Shown piece after piece: positions 46,623 to 56,496 of a DNA stretch of 61,011 nt. The stretch is from NCBI GenBank assembly GCA_043797665.1, contig JAZDPL010000011.1, positions 1 through 61,011 on the forward strand, given 5' to 3'. Position 1 is the stretch's first letter, and each line of letters begins with the position of its first letter. The DNA is from Candidatus Omnitrophota bacterium (GTDB lineage Bacteria; Ratteibacteria; UBA8468; MWAK01). The position numbers and the translations under genes were made by a program. The notes beneath the pieces were generated by a model, which searched no databases, had not been told where the DNA came from, and was given only the letters and a program-made list of their open reading frames with translations.

Positions 46623-49600
46623 AAGCTGTGAATAAAATACGTAAATTCGTAGCGCTTTTAGGATTTATTGTAGCCCTGAGGCTTGTCTCGTTGGAAGCAG
46701 CCAATCCGGTCTTTTCAGTAAGTTTTGACGGTAATCTAAAGTCTGCCGGAACAGACTGTACCTGGAAAGGAAAAGAAAAAGCCGTCTTCCAGGAAGGCTA
46801 CGCTGATAAAGCCCTGCTCCTCCGGTCAGATGAATATGAAGTTGAGTACACCGGAGATTTCATAAGTGATGATTTAATGCGCAGTGGTTCTATTGTTTTT
46901 TGGTTTAATCCGACCGATTGGGACCCATTAGCAAAAGAGGATCACTCCATCTATCCTTTCATGCTTTCTGACGGAAAAGGCAATAATGTCTTTATCTATA
47001 TCGCCAGTTTTTCTTCTCCCCAAATAAATAGTCATATCGGTCTCTATGTGGATACTGCGGGACAGAATAGAGCGGCGGGATATCCTGCATTAGAAGAAAA
47101 ACACGGCTGGGGAATGAATAAATGGGTACAAGTAGCCATAACCTGGGACCATTTTATGGGCGAAGCCAAAGTCTATATCAACGATAACCTGCTTACAACC
47201 TTAGCCCTTCCATTGCAATGGAGTAAGTCCGCTGAAATGGGGAAAGAAAATCCTTCTTTGAAAATTGGGGCGATGAATTGCAAACAACCTCTTTGTCACG
47301 CCTTAATCGAGAAATTAACTATATACAAACAGGTTTTATCCCTTAATGATATTTCAGACCTATGGAATTCCCTGGAAAGCCGTGTCGTTCTCGCAAAAAA
47401 GTTCCCCGTACCTACAGTAGTTGTACCCAGGGTAATCACCCCGGTTACACTTGATGGTACTCTGGAAGAGGAACTCTGGAAAAAAGCGAGTGTGGTTCCG
47501 GTAATGGGAAAGAACGAGGGAATTAATCCGGCGACGAGAAGTTCCTGGGCCCTATTGGCTTATGATAACGATAACCTCTACGTCGGTTTTAAATCAGAGA
47601 TAGGACCGGAAGGAGTTAATTGTAAGGCAAAAACAAAAAATGAAGCCCTCTTCTGGAAAGACGACTCCTTCGAAATATTCCTCTGTCCAAGTCAACTGAA
47701 TTGGGATTCCAACGTGAAACAACTGATAGTGAGTTCCGGCAACGTCCATTGGCAGGGTACCGGAATCGGACATCAATTAATTGACGTCCTTCTCTGGCAT
47801 TCAAAGACAAAAATCACCCGGACTCTATTTACCGCTGAGGTGGTGATACCCTTCTCCTCTTTAGGGTGGGGAACACCAAAAGAAAATGAAACCTGGCAGG
47901 CAGAATTATGCCGCAACTGGAATAATTTTGAGATACCGGAGTATGTAAGCTGGGCATCTTCCCCTTCTTCGTATGGTTCTCGGACAGGGACTTTAATCTT
48001 TGGCAGGGAGGAGCAAGCGATAAAGTTTACATTCACCAACACTCTTCAATCAGGCCAGGCTGATCTGGTTTTAAATACCGGTGCAGGATTCCCTGAAAAT
48101 TGCGAACTAACCGCGGAGGTCGAAAAAGATACCGGTATCATCCTTGAGAAGACCTTCCCGGTGGAGGCAAAAAAACCGGTCGATATCCGAATCAAAGAGA
48201 AAATCAAAGATTTAGGTTGGGCTATCTTGAAAGTAGCCCTGAACGAGTGTGGTTCCAAAAAAGAGATTTTCTCTCACGCTACGACTTTTGAAATAGCGCC
48301 TCCTTTGAGTATGCTCCTGTCTCCCGATATTGAAAAAAAAGTCATAAAAATAGCGCTAAAAATTCGGCCTGAGGTTGGAACAAAATGGAAGACAGATATT
48401 GAATCGGGAAATTGTCTTCTGGAGACAGCGATTAAGAAGAGCGTTAAATCTGAAGAGGTATTAAAAACAGAAAGATTCCCTATCCATTCTTTAAATGAAA
48501 CCTTAATCCTGAAATGGGATTGGTGGGAAGAAGGGAATTATGAGATAGCAGTTTCACTTAAAAACAAATCTGTTCCTCCTGGTGCCATAAGCCGTACCTT
48601 CTCTGTTACCATCCCTCCTCTCTCATGGTATGGCAATGACTTGGGTAAGAGTGACGAAGTCCTTAGCCCCTGGTCCCCTTTAGAGTATTCAAAACCCAAA
48701 GCCGTTTCCTGCTGGGGCCGCACCTATACCTTTGCCGGACCTTTTCCCAGCCAGATTACCAACCAGAACAAAGCGCTGTTAGCCGGTCCCATCAGGATGG
48801 TTCTGAAAACAGATAAAGGAGAAGTGGAATTAAAAGAGAAGAATTTTAAGGTATCCGCAGAAAAACCAAACCGATTTGAGTTTGAAGGCAAAGGAGAATT
48901 TGCCGGATTAGGCGGCGAAGTTCTCTTTAACGGTTGGATGGAGTATGATGGTTTAACCGTCTCCAACCTCAAACTTATTCCTCCCAAAGGAGGCTGGCAG
49001 GTTCAATCTTTGTTGATCAAAATACCTTTACGGCCTGACTTAGCCAAATATATTCGTACTCCCAGAAGAATACCGTGGAATGGGGAACGCTGGGAGTCAG
49101 AATTTCTTCCCTATGTCTGGGTAGGAACCGAATACGAGGGGTTCGACTGGTTTATGCCATCAGATGCCAACTGGTTATACAAAAAAGGGGAGAAAACCGT
49201 CATTTTAAACAAAGACCCGGGAAATACCACGGTAACATTGAAGATTATCAGCACTCCGGTTCTGGTAAACATACCGTTAGATTATCAAATTGGTTTTCAA
49301 GCAACACCGGTGAAACCAATTACTGAGGATGTACGGTGCATACGTGCGGGGACTTTCTGGGCCCCCGGATATAAACACAACTATAATGGTGATGGCAAAA
49401 TGAACGCTACCCTGCATACGTACACCGGTATTTACCATGGCATCCATTTTCCTCCTGCCCCCGGTATCAGGGAAGATGTGGGTAATTTTTTTCAGAATAA
49501 GATACGTCTTTTCTACTATATGCACACCTTTACCACCGATGGGAATGACCCGGTCTATAAGTTTTTTGAAAAAGAGTGGCAAAATCCGCGCGCCTGGGGT

Positions 49601-50533
49601 TCCGGCTTCCTAAAACCGGTATGTGCCGGAGCCAAATCATATACCGACTACCTGCGCTGGCAAGCCCATGAAATTCTTTCCAGGCTACCGGAAGCATCCT
49701 ATGGAATATATGTGGATATAGATGGGCTCTATTTCTGCGGGAATCAGAACCATGGTTGTGGCTACACCGATGCTTTTGGACGCAAAGGGCTGACTACCCC
49801 TTTCTTACAAACCAGAGAATACTATAAAAGACTACTTGCCATCTGTCGTCATACCCCCAAACCAAAAGGCTTCTTGTGGCTGCACCAGCACGACTATCTT
49901 GTTTTACCGTACGATTCGTTCGGAGACCTCTGGTTTCCCGGTGAACAGTACAGTCTCGGCGTTTATACGAATCCCTGGTTCTATATGGAGACCTTAGACC
50001 CGGTCGCCTGGCGGGTAGAACTGAGTGGCCGAGCCTCCGGAATCGAACATGTCTTCCTTCCCCAAATAAGGTTGGGACCGGATGTAAATTCGGATTTCAA
50101 TGAATATCGTGAAGATAAAATTTCCATTATGGAAAGTATTATTACCATGTTATTCTTGCATAATATTCCTTTTTCAAACATCTTCAGTCATGTTCCTACC
50201 GGTGCCGCATATTGGGATTTAAGAGACAGACTGGGTTGTGATACTGCAACCTTCCTGGCTTTCTGGGAAGAAGGCTGTCCGGTACAAACAAAACAGGAAA
50301 AAGCCTTAGCCTCTATTTACTACTTCCCGGGAACAAAAGCAATATGTGTCGTCGGTAATCTCTCTTCGGAAGATAAGAACGTCCCGGTAACGATCGACCT
50401 GAACAAACTTGGACTGAACAGACAGAACCTCATCGGTAAAGAAGAACGCACCGGACAACCAGTAGAAATAAAAGAAAATAAATTTACGGTTACGGTAAAA
50501 TCTCATAATTATACAGTTGTATCTATTCAATAA
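46619..50533 (+). CDS. ~1300-aa secreted multidomain protein: LamG-like, CBM9/DOMON-like and putative glycoside hydrolase (DUF6067-like) domains
   Basis: Signal peptide; GSIVFWFNP..WVQVAITWD..VYIN; LDGTLEE.LW..YDNDNLYV..DDSFEIFL; WGRTYTF, MEYDG, QATPVKP, GIYVD. Confidence 0.7.
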   Translation: MKAVNKIRKFVALLGFIVALRLVSLEAANPVFSVSFDGNLKSAGTDCTWKGKEKAVFQEGYADKALLLRSDEYEVEYTGDFISDDLMRSGSIVFWFNPTDWDPLAKEDHSIYPFMLSDGKGNNVFIYIASFSSPQINSHIGLYVDTAGQNRAAGYPALEEKHGWGMNKWVQVAITWDHFMGEAKVYINDNLLTTLALPLQWSKSAEMGKENPSLKIGAMNCKQPLCHALIEKLTIYKQVLSLNDISDLWNSLESRVVLAKKFPVPTVVVPRVITPVTLDGTLEEELWKKASVVPVMGKNEGINPATRSSWALLAYDNDNLYVGFKSEIGPEGVNCKAKTKNEALFWKDDSFEIFLCPSQLNWDSNVKQLIVSSGNVHWQGTGIGHQLIDVLLWHSKTKITRTLFTAEVVIPFSSLGWGTPKENETWQAELCRNWNNFEIPEYVSWASSPSSYGSRTGTLIFGREEQAIKFTFTNTLQSGQADLVLNTGAGFPENCELTAEVEKDTGIILEKTFPVEAKKPVDIRIKEKIKDLGWAILKVALNECGSKKEIFSHATTFEIAPPLSMLLSPDIEKKVIKIALKIRPEVGTKWKTDIESGNCLLETAIKKSVKSEEVLKTERFPIHSLNETLILKWDWWEEGNYEIAVSLKNKSVPPGAISRTFSVTIPPLSWYGNDLGKSDEVLSPWSPLEYSKPKAVSCWGRTYTFAGPFPSQITNQNKALLAGPIRMVLKTDKGEVELKEKNFKVSAEKPNRFEFEGKGEFAGLGGEVLFNGWMEYDGLTVSNLKLIPPKGGWQVQSLLIKIPLRPDLAKYIRTPRRIPWNGERWESEFLPYVWVGTEYEGFDWFMPSDANWLYKKGEKTVILNKDPGNTTVTLKIISTPVLVNIPLDYQIGFQATPVKPITEDVRCIRAGTFWAPGYKHNYNGDGKMNATLHTYTGIYHGIHFPPAPGIREDVGNFFQNKIRLFYYMHTFTTDGNDPVYKFFEKEWQNPRAWGSGFLKPVCAGAKSYTDYLRWQAHEILSRLPEASYGIYVDIDGLYFCGNQNHGCGYTDAFGRKGLTTPFLQTREYYKRLLAICRHTPKPKGFLWLHQHDYLVLPYDSFGDLWFPGEQYSLGVYTNPWFYMETLDPVAWRVELSGRASGIEHVFLPQIRLGPDVNSDFNEYREDKISIMESIITMLFLHNIPFSNIFSHVPTGAAYWDLRDRLGCDTATFLAFWEEGCPVQTKQEKALASIYYFPGTKAICVVGNLSSEDKNVPVTIDLNKLGLNRQNLIGKEERTGQPVEIKENKFTVTVKSHNYTVVSIQ

Positions 50534-50552
50534 AAGAAGTTGAGGAGACACA

Positions 50553-51281
50553 ATGGCGCAGAAACTAATGATAGTGCGGAAAAGAGCAAGTCTCGCCTTC
50601 ACCCTCATAGAACTTTTAGTCGTTATTGCTATTATTGCTCTTCTGGCGGCGATGCTCCTGCCGGCATTGAGCCAGGCCAGGAACAAGGCGCGGGCAGCAA
50701 ACTGTATAAGCAACCTGAAACAACTGGGACTTGCGTTTGTGTTGTACCAGGGGGACAACGACGATTATTTCCCTCCTTTTAACTATGTGGCGTGGGGTAT
50801 AGACGAAAACACGTATAACTGGGCGTGGTATTTTCACCAAGCCGGATATGTAGGAAACAACAACTTGTTCCTGTGCCCACAAGGGAAAGGATATCTAAAC
50901 ATGGCTTACAATCCCGTCCTATCCCCTGACGCGGTTTATACCTACATGTACATTCATTACGGTTATAATTACGCGTACCTGGGGTGTGACTATTACGGCG
51001 CCGGCGGCAGTACGTCATACGCGAATCCTCCGGCCAAGTTCTCACAAATAAAAAACCCCTCGGAGACTATTTTGCTCGCTGACACCTCCTCCCCCGCCGA
51101 CGCGCCTACGAAAGGATTTTACTTGCTAAAATCTGGGGCGGCGGGGAATGGTTATCAAGAAATGCGCGATGATCACGGGGGCGGCTCAAATATTCTTTGG
51201 ATTGACAGCCACGTTTCCTGGTTGGGTAACGCCCGCGCCACCCTGCAGGACGGAAATAAAATTTTCTTTGACCGTAACTGA
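50553..51281 (+). CDS. Prepilin-type N-terminal protein, DUF1559-type with H-X9-DS variant
   Basis: [29 protein letters not shown]...[22 protein letters not shown]. Confidence 0.92.
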   Translation: MAQKLMIVRKRASLAFTLIELLVVIAIIALLAAMLLPALSQARNKARAANCISNLKQLGLAFVLYQGDNDDYFPPFNYVAWGIDENTYNWAWYFHQAGYVGNNNLFLCPQGKGYLNMAYNPVLSPDAVYTYMYIHYGYNYAYLGCDYYGAGGSTSYANPPAKFSQIKNPSETILLADTSSPADAPTKGFYLLKSGAAGNGYQEMRDDHGGGSNILWIDSHVSWLGNARATLQDGNKIFFDRN

Positions 51282-51306
51282 ACCCAACAAAAAGGAGGGT
51301 AGGAAA

Positions 51307-52101
51307 ATGACACGGTATACAATGCTTATCGTATTCGCAGCAATGCTGTCGTGTCCGGTTCTTTTCGCCGGGACGCCGGAAGGACTTACTTTTTATGCCT
51401 CGTTCAACCAGACGGTAGACGCAGATTTTTCGGTCGCGAAGACAACCTGCAACAGCCCGGCACAGCTCACGGATGAAAACAAGGGAATATCGGGAAAAGG
51501 TGCGCTTGTATGCTGGGACAACCTTGAGGATTTTGCGGATGTAAAGGCGCGTGATTCGCAGCCGCGCCAGGTAAGGGAGCTGGAATTCGCAAACGCGGGC
51601 GTGTTCAATCCGGAAGCGGGAACCGTGGAAATGTGGATAAAACCTTATTTCAACGGTATTTTGCCGACACAGGAAGGGTCATATGAAATATATTATCTGC
51701 TCAACGTCAGGAATTCCAAAATTTCCGGCAAGGGGGGGCTGGCTTTCGCGATATACCGGGCTGTCTCCGGAACCCAACGGTATATCACCGTTAATTTTAA
51801 CGTGGATGGAAATGATGAACAGCCTCCTTCCTCGTGCTGCTTTGAGGTGTCAAACTGGAAGGCAAAGGAATGGCATCATATCGCCTTTACGTGGGATGCC
51901 GCCCAAAAGGTGTTGTACCTTGATGGTGGGAAAAAAGCCGAGTTAAAAATACCGGGTAAGATTCTCGCGCAGCAACCAGAGTTTCAACTTGGCTGCTCGT
52001 GGTCCTCTACCAGCATCTTCCAGGGTGTAATCGACGAGGTGAAAATTTACGACCGGGTCATGTACCACGACACATTTTCCCCGAAACAGGAGAAACAATG
52101 A
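51307..52101 (+). CDS. Secreted LamG/concanavalin-like domain protein
   Basis: Signal peptide; GTVEMWIKP, WHHIAFTWD, LYLDG, FQGVIDEVKIYD. Confidence 0.85.
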   Translation: MTRYTMLIVFAAMLSCPVLFAGTPEGLTFYASFNQTVDADFSVAKTTCNSPAQLTDENKGISGKGALVCWDNLEDFADVKARDSQPRQVRELEFANAGVFNPEAGTVEMWIKPYFNGILPTQEGSYEIYYLLNVRNSKISGKGGLAFAIYRAVSGTQRYITVNFNVDGNDEQPPSSCCFEVSNWKAKEWHHIAFTWDAAQKVLYLDGGKKAELKIPGKILAQQPEFQLGCSWSSTSIFQGVIDEVKIYDRVMYHDTFSPKQEKQ

Positions 52102-52131
52102 AACCGCTCCGGCTGTCGTGGAAGGGGGGGG

Positions 52132-53217
52132 ATGGAATACAAGCCGGATTTTGACGAACTCAAGCCATATTTTGAGGCGTTCTGGAATGGCGAAGTCTTG
52201 GACCGCATAGCCCTTTCCATAACCGCGCCCAGAAAAGTTCAGATTCATTCGGAATCTGCTGATAACTGGTATAAACCAAAAAAGGTATTTCAGGAGGAAC
52301 CGGAGCGTATCCTTGATTATTTTGAAGATTACTGCCGTAATACTTTCTTCGGGGGTCTGGCTGTTCCCAGGTTCTGGCCCAATTTCGGACCGGACGTTTT
52401 CTCGGCTTTTCTGGGAACCGAACTTAAATTTTCCGAAGACTCAAATATCACCTCCTGGATAGACTGGTCGCAAAACATCCTCAAAGATTATAAAAATCTT
52501 TCCTGTCTGGAAATTAGGGATTCAAACCCCATTTACCAAAAAAACTTGGAACTGACCCGCCAGGCAATTAAGAGAGGCCGGGGAAAGTTCCTGGTAGCCC
52601 CTACCGACCTGCACGGAGGTTTTGACAGCCTGGCAGTCTTAAGGGGCGGACCGGATAAAGCCGCTCTGGACCTTATCGAAAATCCGGAAGGGGTCAAGGA
52701 AGCGATGAGATTGCTCTACCGGGCTTGGCAAAAAGTCTATGACGATTATTACCGGATAGTAAAAGACAAGCAGCCGGGCACGAATTCCTGGATGTCTATC
52801 TGGGCGCCCGGGAAATCATATCCGGTTCAGAGTGATTTCTCCTGCCTTGTCTCTGCCGGAATGTACCGGGAATTTTTCTTGGAAGAACTCTTAAGCGAGA
52901 TAGAATACCTGGATTATTCCATTTACCACCTGGACGGCGTTGAGGCGCTGCAGCACCTTGACCTTCTTCTGGAAATACCGGAACTGAACGCGATTCAATG
53001 GGTACGCGGAGCCAGGTTTGACAAGGAAGGTATCAGTCGTTGGTTCCCTCTCTACCGGAAGATTCAGGCGAAGAAAAAATCAATCGTCGTCTACCCCAAA
53101 ACTGAAGAAATTCCCCTGGTTCTAAAAAGTCTCAAACCGGAAGGTTTGCTTATCCAGGTCGGTTGTTCCAGCGAAGAAGAAGCCAGGGCGGTTATGGCGC
53201 AGTTGGGCTGGAAGTGA
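52132..53217 (+). CDS. URO-D/cobalamin methyltransferase-like TIM-barrel protein
   Basis: TDLHGGFDSLAVLRG, QSDFS, YHLDG, IQW pattern. Confidence 0.65.
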   Translation: MEYKPDFDELKPYFEAFWNGEVLDRIALSITAPRKVQIHSESADNWYKPKKVFQEEPERILDYFEDYCRNTFFGGLAVPRFWPNFGPDVFSAFLGTELKFSEDSNITSWIDWSQNILKDYKNLSCLEIRDSNPIYQKNLELTRQAIKRGRGKFLVAPTDLHGGFDSLAVLRGGPDKAALDLIENPEGVKEAMRLLYRAWQKVYDDYYRIVKDKQPGTNSWMSIWAPGKSYPVQSDFSCLVSAGMYREFFLEELLSEIEYLDYSIYHLDGVEALQHLDLLLEIPELNAIQWVRGARFDKEGISRWFPLYRKIQAKKKSIVVYPKTEEIPLVLKSLKPEGLLIQVGCSSEEEARAVMAQLGWK

Positions 53218-53308
53218 CGATTTATGGCGCCCGATTTTTTAAGGAGGAGGATTTCCGGCGGGATAATCAAAGAAATTCGGGACGTAAATAACAGTCAAAA
53301 AGTTTGAT

Positions 53309-54406
53309 ATGACTACACGCGAACGTTTCGTAAGAACGCTTACGGGAAAAGAAGTCGACCGGGTCCCCTTCATTAAGGTATTCGGTGGTACCAACGCTAT
53401 TATACCCAATTGGAAAAAAGAATATCCAGGTATTTCCCAGGCAATTGACAAAATTCTCCAATTCGAAGGTGAATACCGAGGCTGGCAGATCGCACCGGTA
53501 AATATGGACTTGTCCCGGGTAGGCGAACCGACAATAATTGAAGAAAATGAGTCTACACTGGTGAGGAAATGGATATATGGTGCTGTAGAAATTATTAAGA
53601 AGGATGCGGATTTTTCCCACCACACCGTAGAATGGCCGGTAAAGAACCGTGCCGATTGGGAACGAGTTAAAAAAGAACACCTACAGGCAGATGACCCGGG
53701 CCGGTTCCCGGAAGAATGGCCGGAATATGTTCGTCGATTCCATAACCGGGATTATCCGCTTCAGTTAACTCATCGGGGTGTGTACGGCTTTATCCGAAAT
53801 ATGATGGGTGATGAACGCCTTGCCTATGCTTTTTACGATGAACCGGAACTCGTGCACGACATTATGGACTCATACACGGAAACCGCGATACGGATATGGT
53901 CAAAGATGGTACGGGAAGCGGATTTTGACCTTATCGAATGCTGGGAAGACATGGCGTACCGCAGCGGTTCGATTATATCGCCCAAAATTTTCCGGGAGTT
54001 TCTGAAACCGAATTATGGGAAAATCGCGGAATTCGCCCAAGAGCACGGCATTGAGATTATCCTGGTTGATTCGGACGGTTTAATAGAAGATTTGACCGCT
54101 CTTATGCTGGAAAGCGGGGTTACCGCCCTTTATCCTTTTGAGGTGCAGTCAGGCAACGACCTTGACCGGGTAAGAAACAGGCATCCGGAAGTCGGCGCAA
54201 TCGGCGGCTTGAACAAGAGCGTAATGGCACATTCCAAAGATGCGATAGACCGGGAGGTGGAAAAAGCGCGGCACCTTATCAAAAGGGGCCGGTATATACC
54301 GGGTCCGGACCATTTCGTGCTTTCGGACGTCAGTTTTGAGAATTACCGGTATTTCATGGAGCGGCTCCGGGAAGTTGTTTTGACGACCAAACCGGAACCG
54401 GGATAA
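53309..54406 (+). CDS. Uroporphyrinogen decarboxylase-family protein (non-HemE)
   Basis: MTTRERF..G.EVDRVP, WEDMAY, ISP..FREF, DSDG, GRYIPGPDH. Confidence 0.8.
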   Translation: MTTRERFVRTLTGKEVDRVPFIKVFGGTNAIIPNWKKEYPGISQAIDKILQFEGEYRGWQIAPVNMDLSRVGEPTIIEENESTLVRKWIYGAVEIIKKDADFSHHTVEWPVKNRADWERVKKEHLQADDPGRFPEEWPEYVRRFHNRDYPLQLTHRGVYGFIRNMMGDERLAYAFYDEPELVHDIMDSYTETAIRIWSKMVREADFDLIECWEDMAYRSGSIISPKIFREFLKPNYGKIAEFAQEHGIEIILVDSDGLIEDLTALMLESGVTALYPFEVQSGNDLDRVRNRHPEVGAIGGLNKSVMAHSKDAIDREVEKARHLIKRGRYIPGPDHFVLSDVSFENYRYFMERLREVVLTTKPEPG

Positions 54407-54409
54407 AAA

Positions 54410-55204
54410 TTACGGCGTGAAACGGACTACAAAGCAGTGCGCCGGACAGCGCTGGACCGCCTCTTCAAAGTCCAGGCCCTTGTCTATCTGAATACGGGGC
54501 AGGTTATCCTCCATAGTAATGGCGCCGGATTTGGTTGCCTTGGCGCAGAGCCCGCAGCCGATACAGCCCACCGAGCAGACATCCTTAACCACCTTGCCCT
54601 TATCCCTGGTGACACAACCGACGTAGGTCCATTTTCGTCTGGGAATCAGGGTAATGATTTTGCGGGGGCAGACAGCGACACACTTACCGCAGGCGACACA
54701 CTTGTTTTCATCAACCACCGGCAGGCCCTCTTTGTTCGTTGAGAGCGCATCAAAAGGACAAATTCGGACGCAATCTCCCAGGCTCAAGCAGCCGTAAAAA
54801 CAGGCTTTGGGCCCACCCGCGGTGGTATGGCTGGAAAGGCAGGTCCTGACCCCGACATATTCAAACCTGTTTTTAGCCTTACTCTTCCCTCCCTGACAAT
54901 GGATAGAGGCAACCCGGAGTTCCGCCACGTTTGCGGTAACACCCAATAAGGCGGCCATTTTCCTGGCCACCTCCGTCCCGCCCGTCACGCAAGCGCCGGG
55001 CTCAGCCTTGCGGCCGGCAAGTAATTCCGCCAGAGCGTGGCAGCCGGCGAATCCGCAGGCTCCGCAATTAGTCCCCGGCAGAATATCTTCGATTTTAGCC
55101 ACCAGCGGGTCTTCGGAAATCTTAAACCGCCGGGCGGCAAAAACCAGAAAGACCGAAAAGGCTAAGGAAAGCCCACCCAAAATTAATATCGATAAACCCA
55201 ACAT
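54410..55204 (-). CDS. rnfB: Rnf complex subunit B
   Basis: LPGTNCGACGFAGC and several CxxCxxCxxxCP motifs. Confidence 0.93.
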   Translation of the reverse strand: MLGLSILILGGLSLAFSVFLVFAARRFKISEDPLVAKIEDILPGTNCGACGFAGCHALAELLAGRKAEPGACVTGGTEVARKMAALLGVTANVAELRVASIHCQGGKSKAKNRFEYVGVRTCLSSHTTAGGPKACFYGCLSLGDCVRICPFDALSTNKEGLPVVDENKCVACGKCVAVCPRKIITLIPRRKWTYVGCVTRDKGKVVKDVCSVGCIGCGLCAKATKSGAITMEDNLPRIQIDKGLDFEEAVQRCPAHCFVVRFTP

Positions 55205-55232
55205 AAACTTAGCGCACCTTCGGTGCGGACAT

Positions 55233-55282
55233 GTAGGGGTCGGATTTATCCGACCCGCGGGCTTGATGAATCAAGCCCCTAC
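55233..55282. repeat. GTAG-type REP inverted doublet
   Basis: GTAGGGGTCGGATTTATCCGACCC-GC-GGGCTTGATGAATCAAGCCCCTAC. Confidence 0.92.
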
Positions 55283-55306
55283 AAAGGAAATCCCTATGCA
55301 ATATAT

Positions 55307-55885
55307 TTACAAAAGACCGGCAAAACCCATAAAAGAGAGGGCGATCAAACCGGCCAGGATAAGCGTAAGCGGGGCACCTTTGAGCGCCGGCGGTACGTCC
55401 GCCACCGCCAATTCCTCCCGGATGCCGGCCATAATCACCAGCGCTAACATAAATCCCAGACCGGACCCTACCCCGAAAAAGACGCTCTCAATAAGCGAAT
55501 ATTCCCGAATCGCCACCAGGAGAGCCAGGAAGAGAATACAGCAGTTGGTCGTAATCAAAGGCAAAAATATACCCAGGGTACGGTAAATGAGCGGGCTGGT
55601 CTTCCGGATAAACATTTCCACCAATTGTACTAACACCGCAATCACTAAAATGAAGGTGACGTTCTGCAGGAACAGCAGGTCGAATCGCACCAGGAGGTAG
55701 TGGTTAATGTACCAGACGATGGGTCCGGTCAAGGTCATCACAAAGACGGTTGCCGCACCCAAACTGAGACTGGAACTGAGTTTGTCGGTAACTCCCAGGT
55801 AAGGACAGGTACCCAGAAAGTAAGCGAAGACAAAGTTGTTGATAAGGATGGAACTGAGAATCAGGACTAAGATTTCTTTAAACAT
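55307..55885 (-). CDS. rnfA: Rnf complex subunit A
   Basis: NNFV..FLGTCP, LPLITTNC, AGIRE. Confidence 0.95.
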   Translation of the reverse strand: MFKEILVLILSSILINNFVFAYFLGTCPYLGVTDKLSSSLSLGAATVFVMTLTGPIVWYINHYLLVRFDLLFLQNVTFILVIAVLVQLVEMFIRKTSPLIYRTLGIFLPLITTNCCILFLALLVAIREYSLIESVFFGVGSGLGFMLALVIMAGIREELAVADVPPALKGAPLTLILAGLIALSFMGFAGLL

Positions 55886-55887
55886 AA

Positions 55888-56496
55888 TTACTGCCGTTTT
55901 TTGGAGATAAGATTAAAAAATCCCAGGACCGTTCCTAACGTCAGAAACGCACCCGGCGGAAGAAGCATAATAACCCAGGGCTCGAACCAGGTCCCCAGAA
56001 CCTTGAATCCGAAGATGGAACCGTGTCCGATCAGTTCCCGGATGGAACCGATCAGCACCATCGCCAAGAAATATCCCAAACTGTGACCCAAAGCATCCAT
56101 CAGAGAGTTGGGAACAGGGTTTTTGTAAGCAAACGCTTCGGCTCTTCCTAAAATAATGCAATTAACCGTAATCAAAGGAACGTAAGGACCCATCACCTTG
56201 GAAAGGGGCGGGAACCAACCGCGTAAAAAGAGGTCGGCGACCGTAACGAAGGTGGCGATGATTACGACGAAGACCGGTATGCGAACTTCATCCGGAACGA
56301 TACGCCGGATTGCCGAGACAACCACGTTGGACCCGATCAGGACAAAGGCTACCGCTAACGCCATCGCCAAACCGTTAACCGCCATACTGGTTACCGCCAG
56401 GGAGGCGCAGAGTCCTAACATCAACCGGAAGGGCGGCACGTTTCGCCACACCCCAAAAAGAAAATCGTTCCGCAAACTACTCTTACCGTTGCTCAT
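55888..56496 (-). CDS. rnfE: Rnf complex subunit E
   Basis: LGLCASLAVT, VRIP, PLITVNCIILGRAE, LPPGAF. Confidence 0.95.
   Translation of the reverse strand: MSNGKSSLRNDFLFGVWRNVPPFRLMLGLCASLAVTSMAVNGLAMALAVAFVLIGSNVVVSAIRRIVPDEVRIPVFVVIIATFVTVADLFLRGWFPPLSKVMGPYVPLITVNCIILGRAEAFAYKNPVPNSLMDALGHSLGYFLAMVLIGSIRELIGHGSIFGFKVLGTWFEPWVIMLLPPGAFLTLGTVLGFFNLISKKRQ

Noticed and set aside
20256..51281. Diversity-generating retroelement acting on the prepilins
   Set aside because: No reverse transcriptase and no template/variable repeat pair seen
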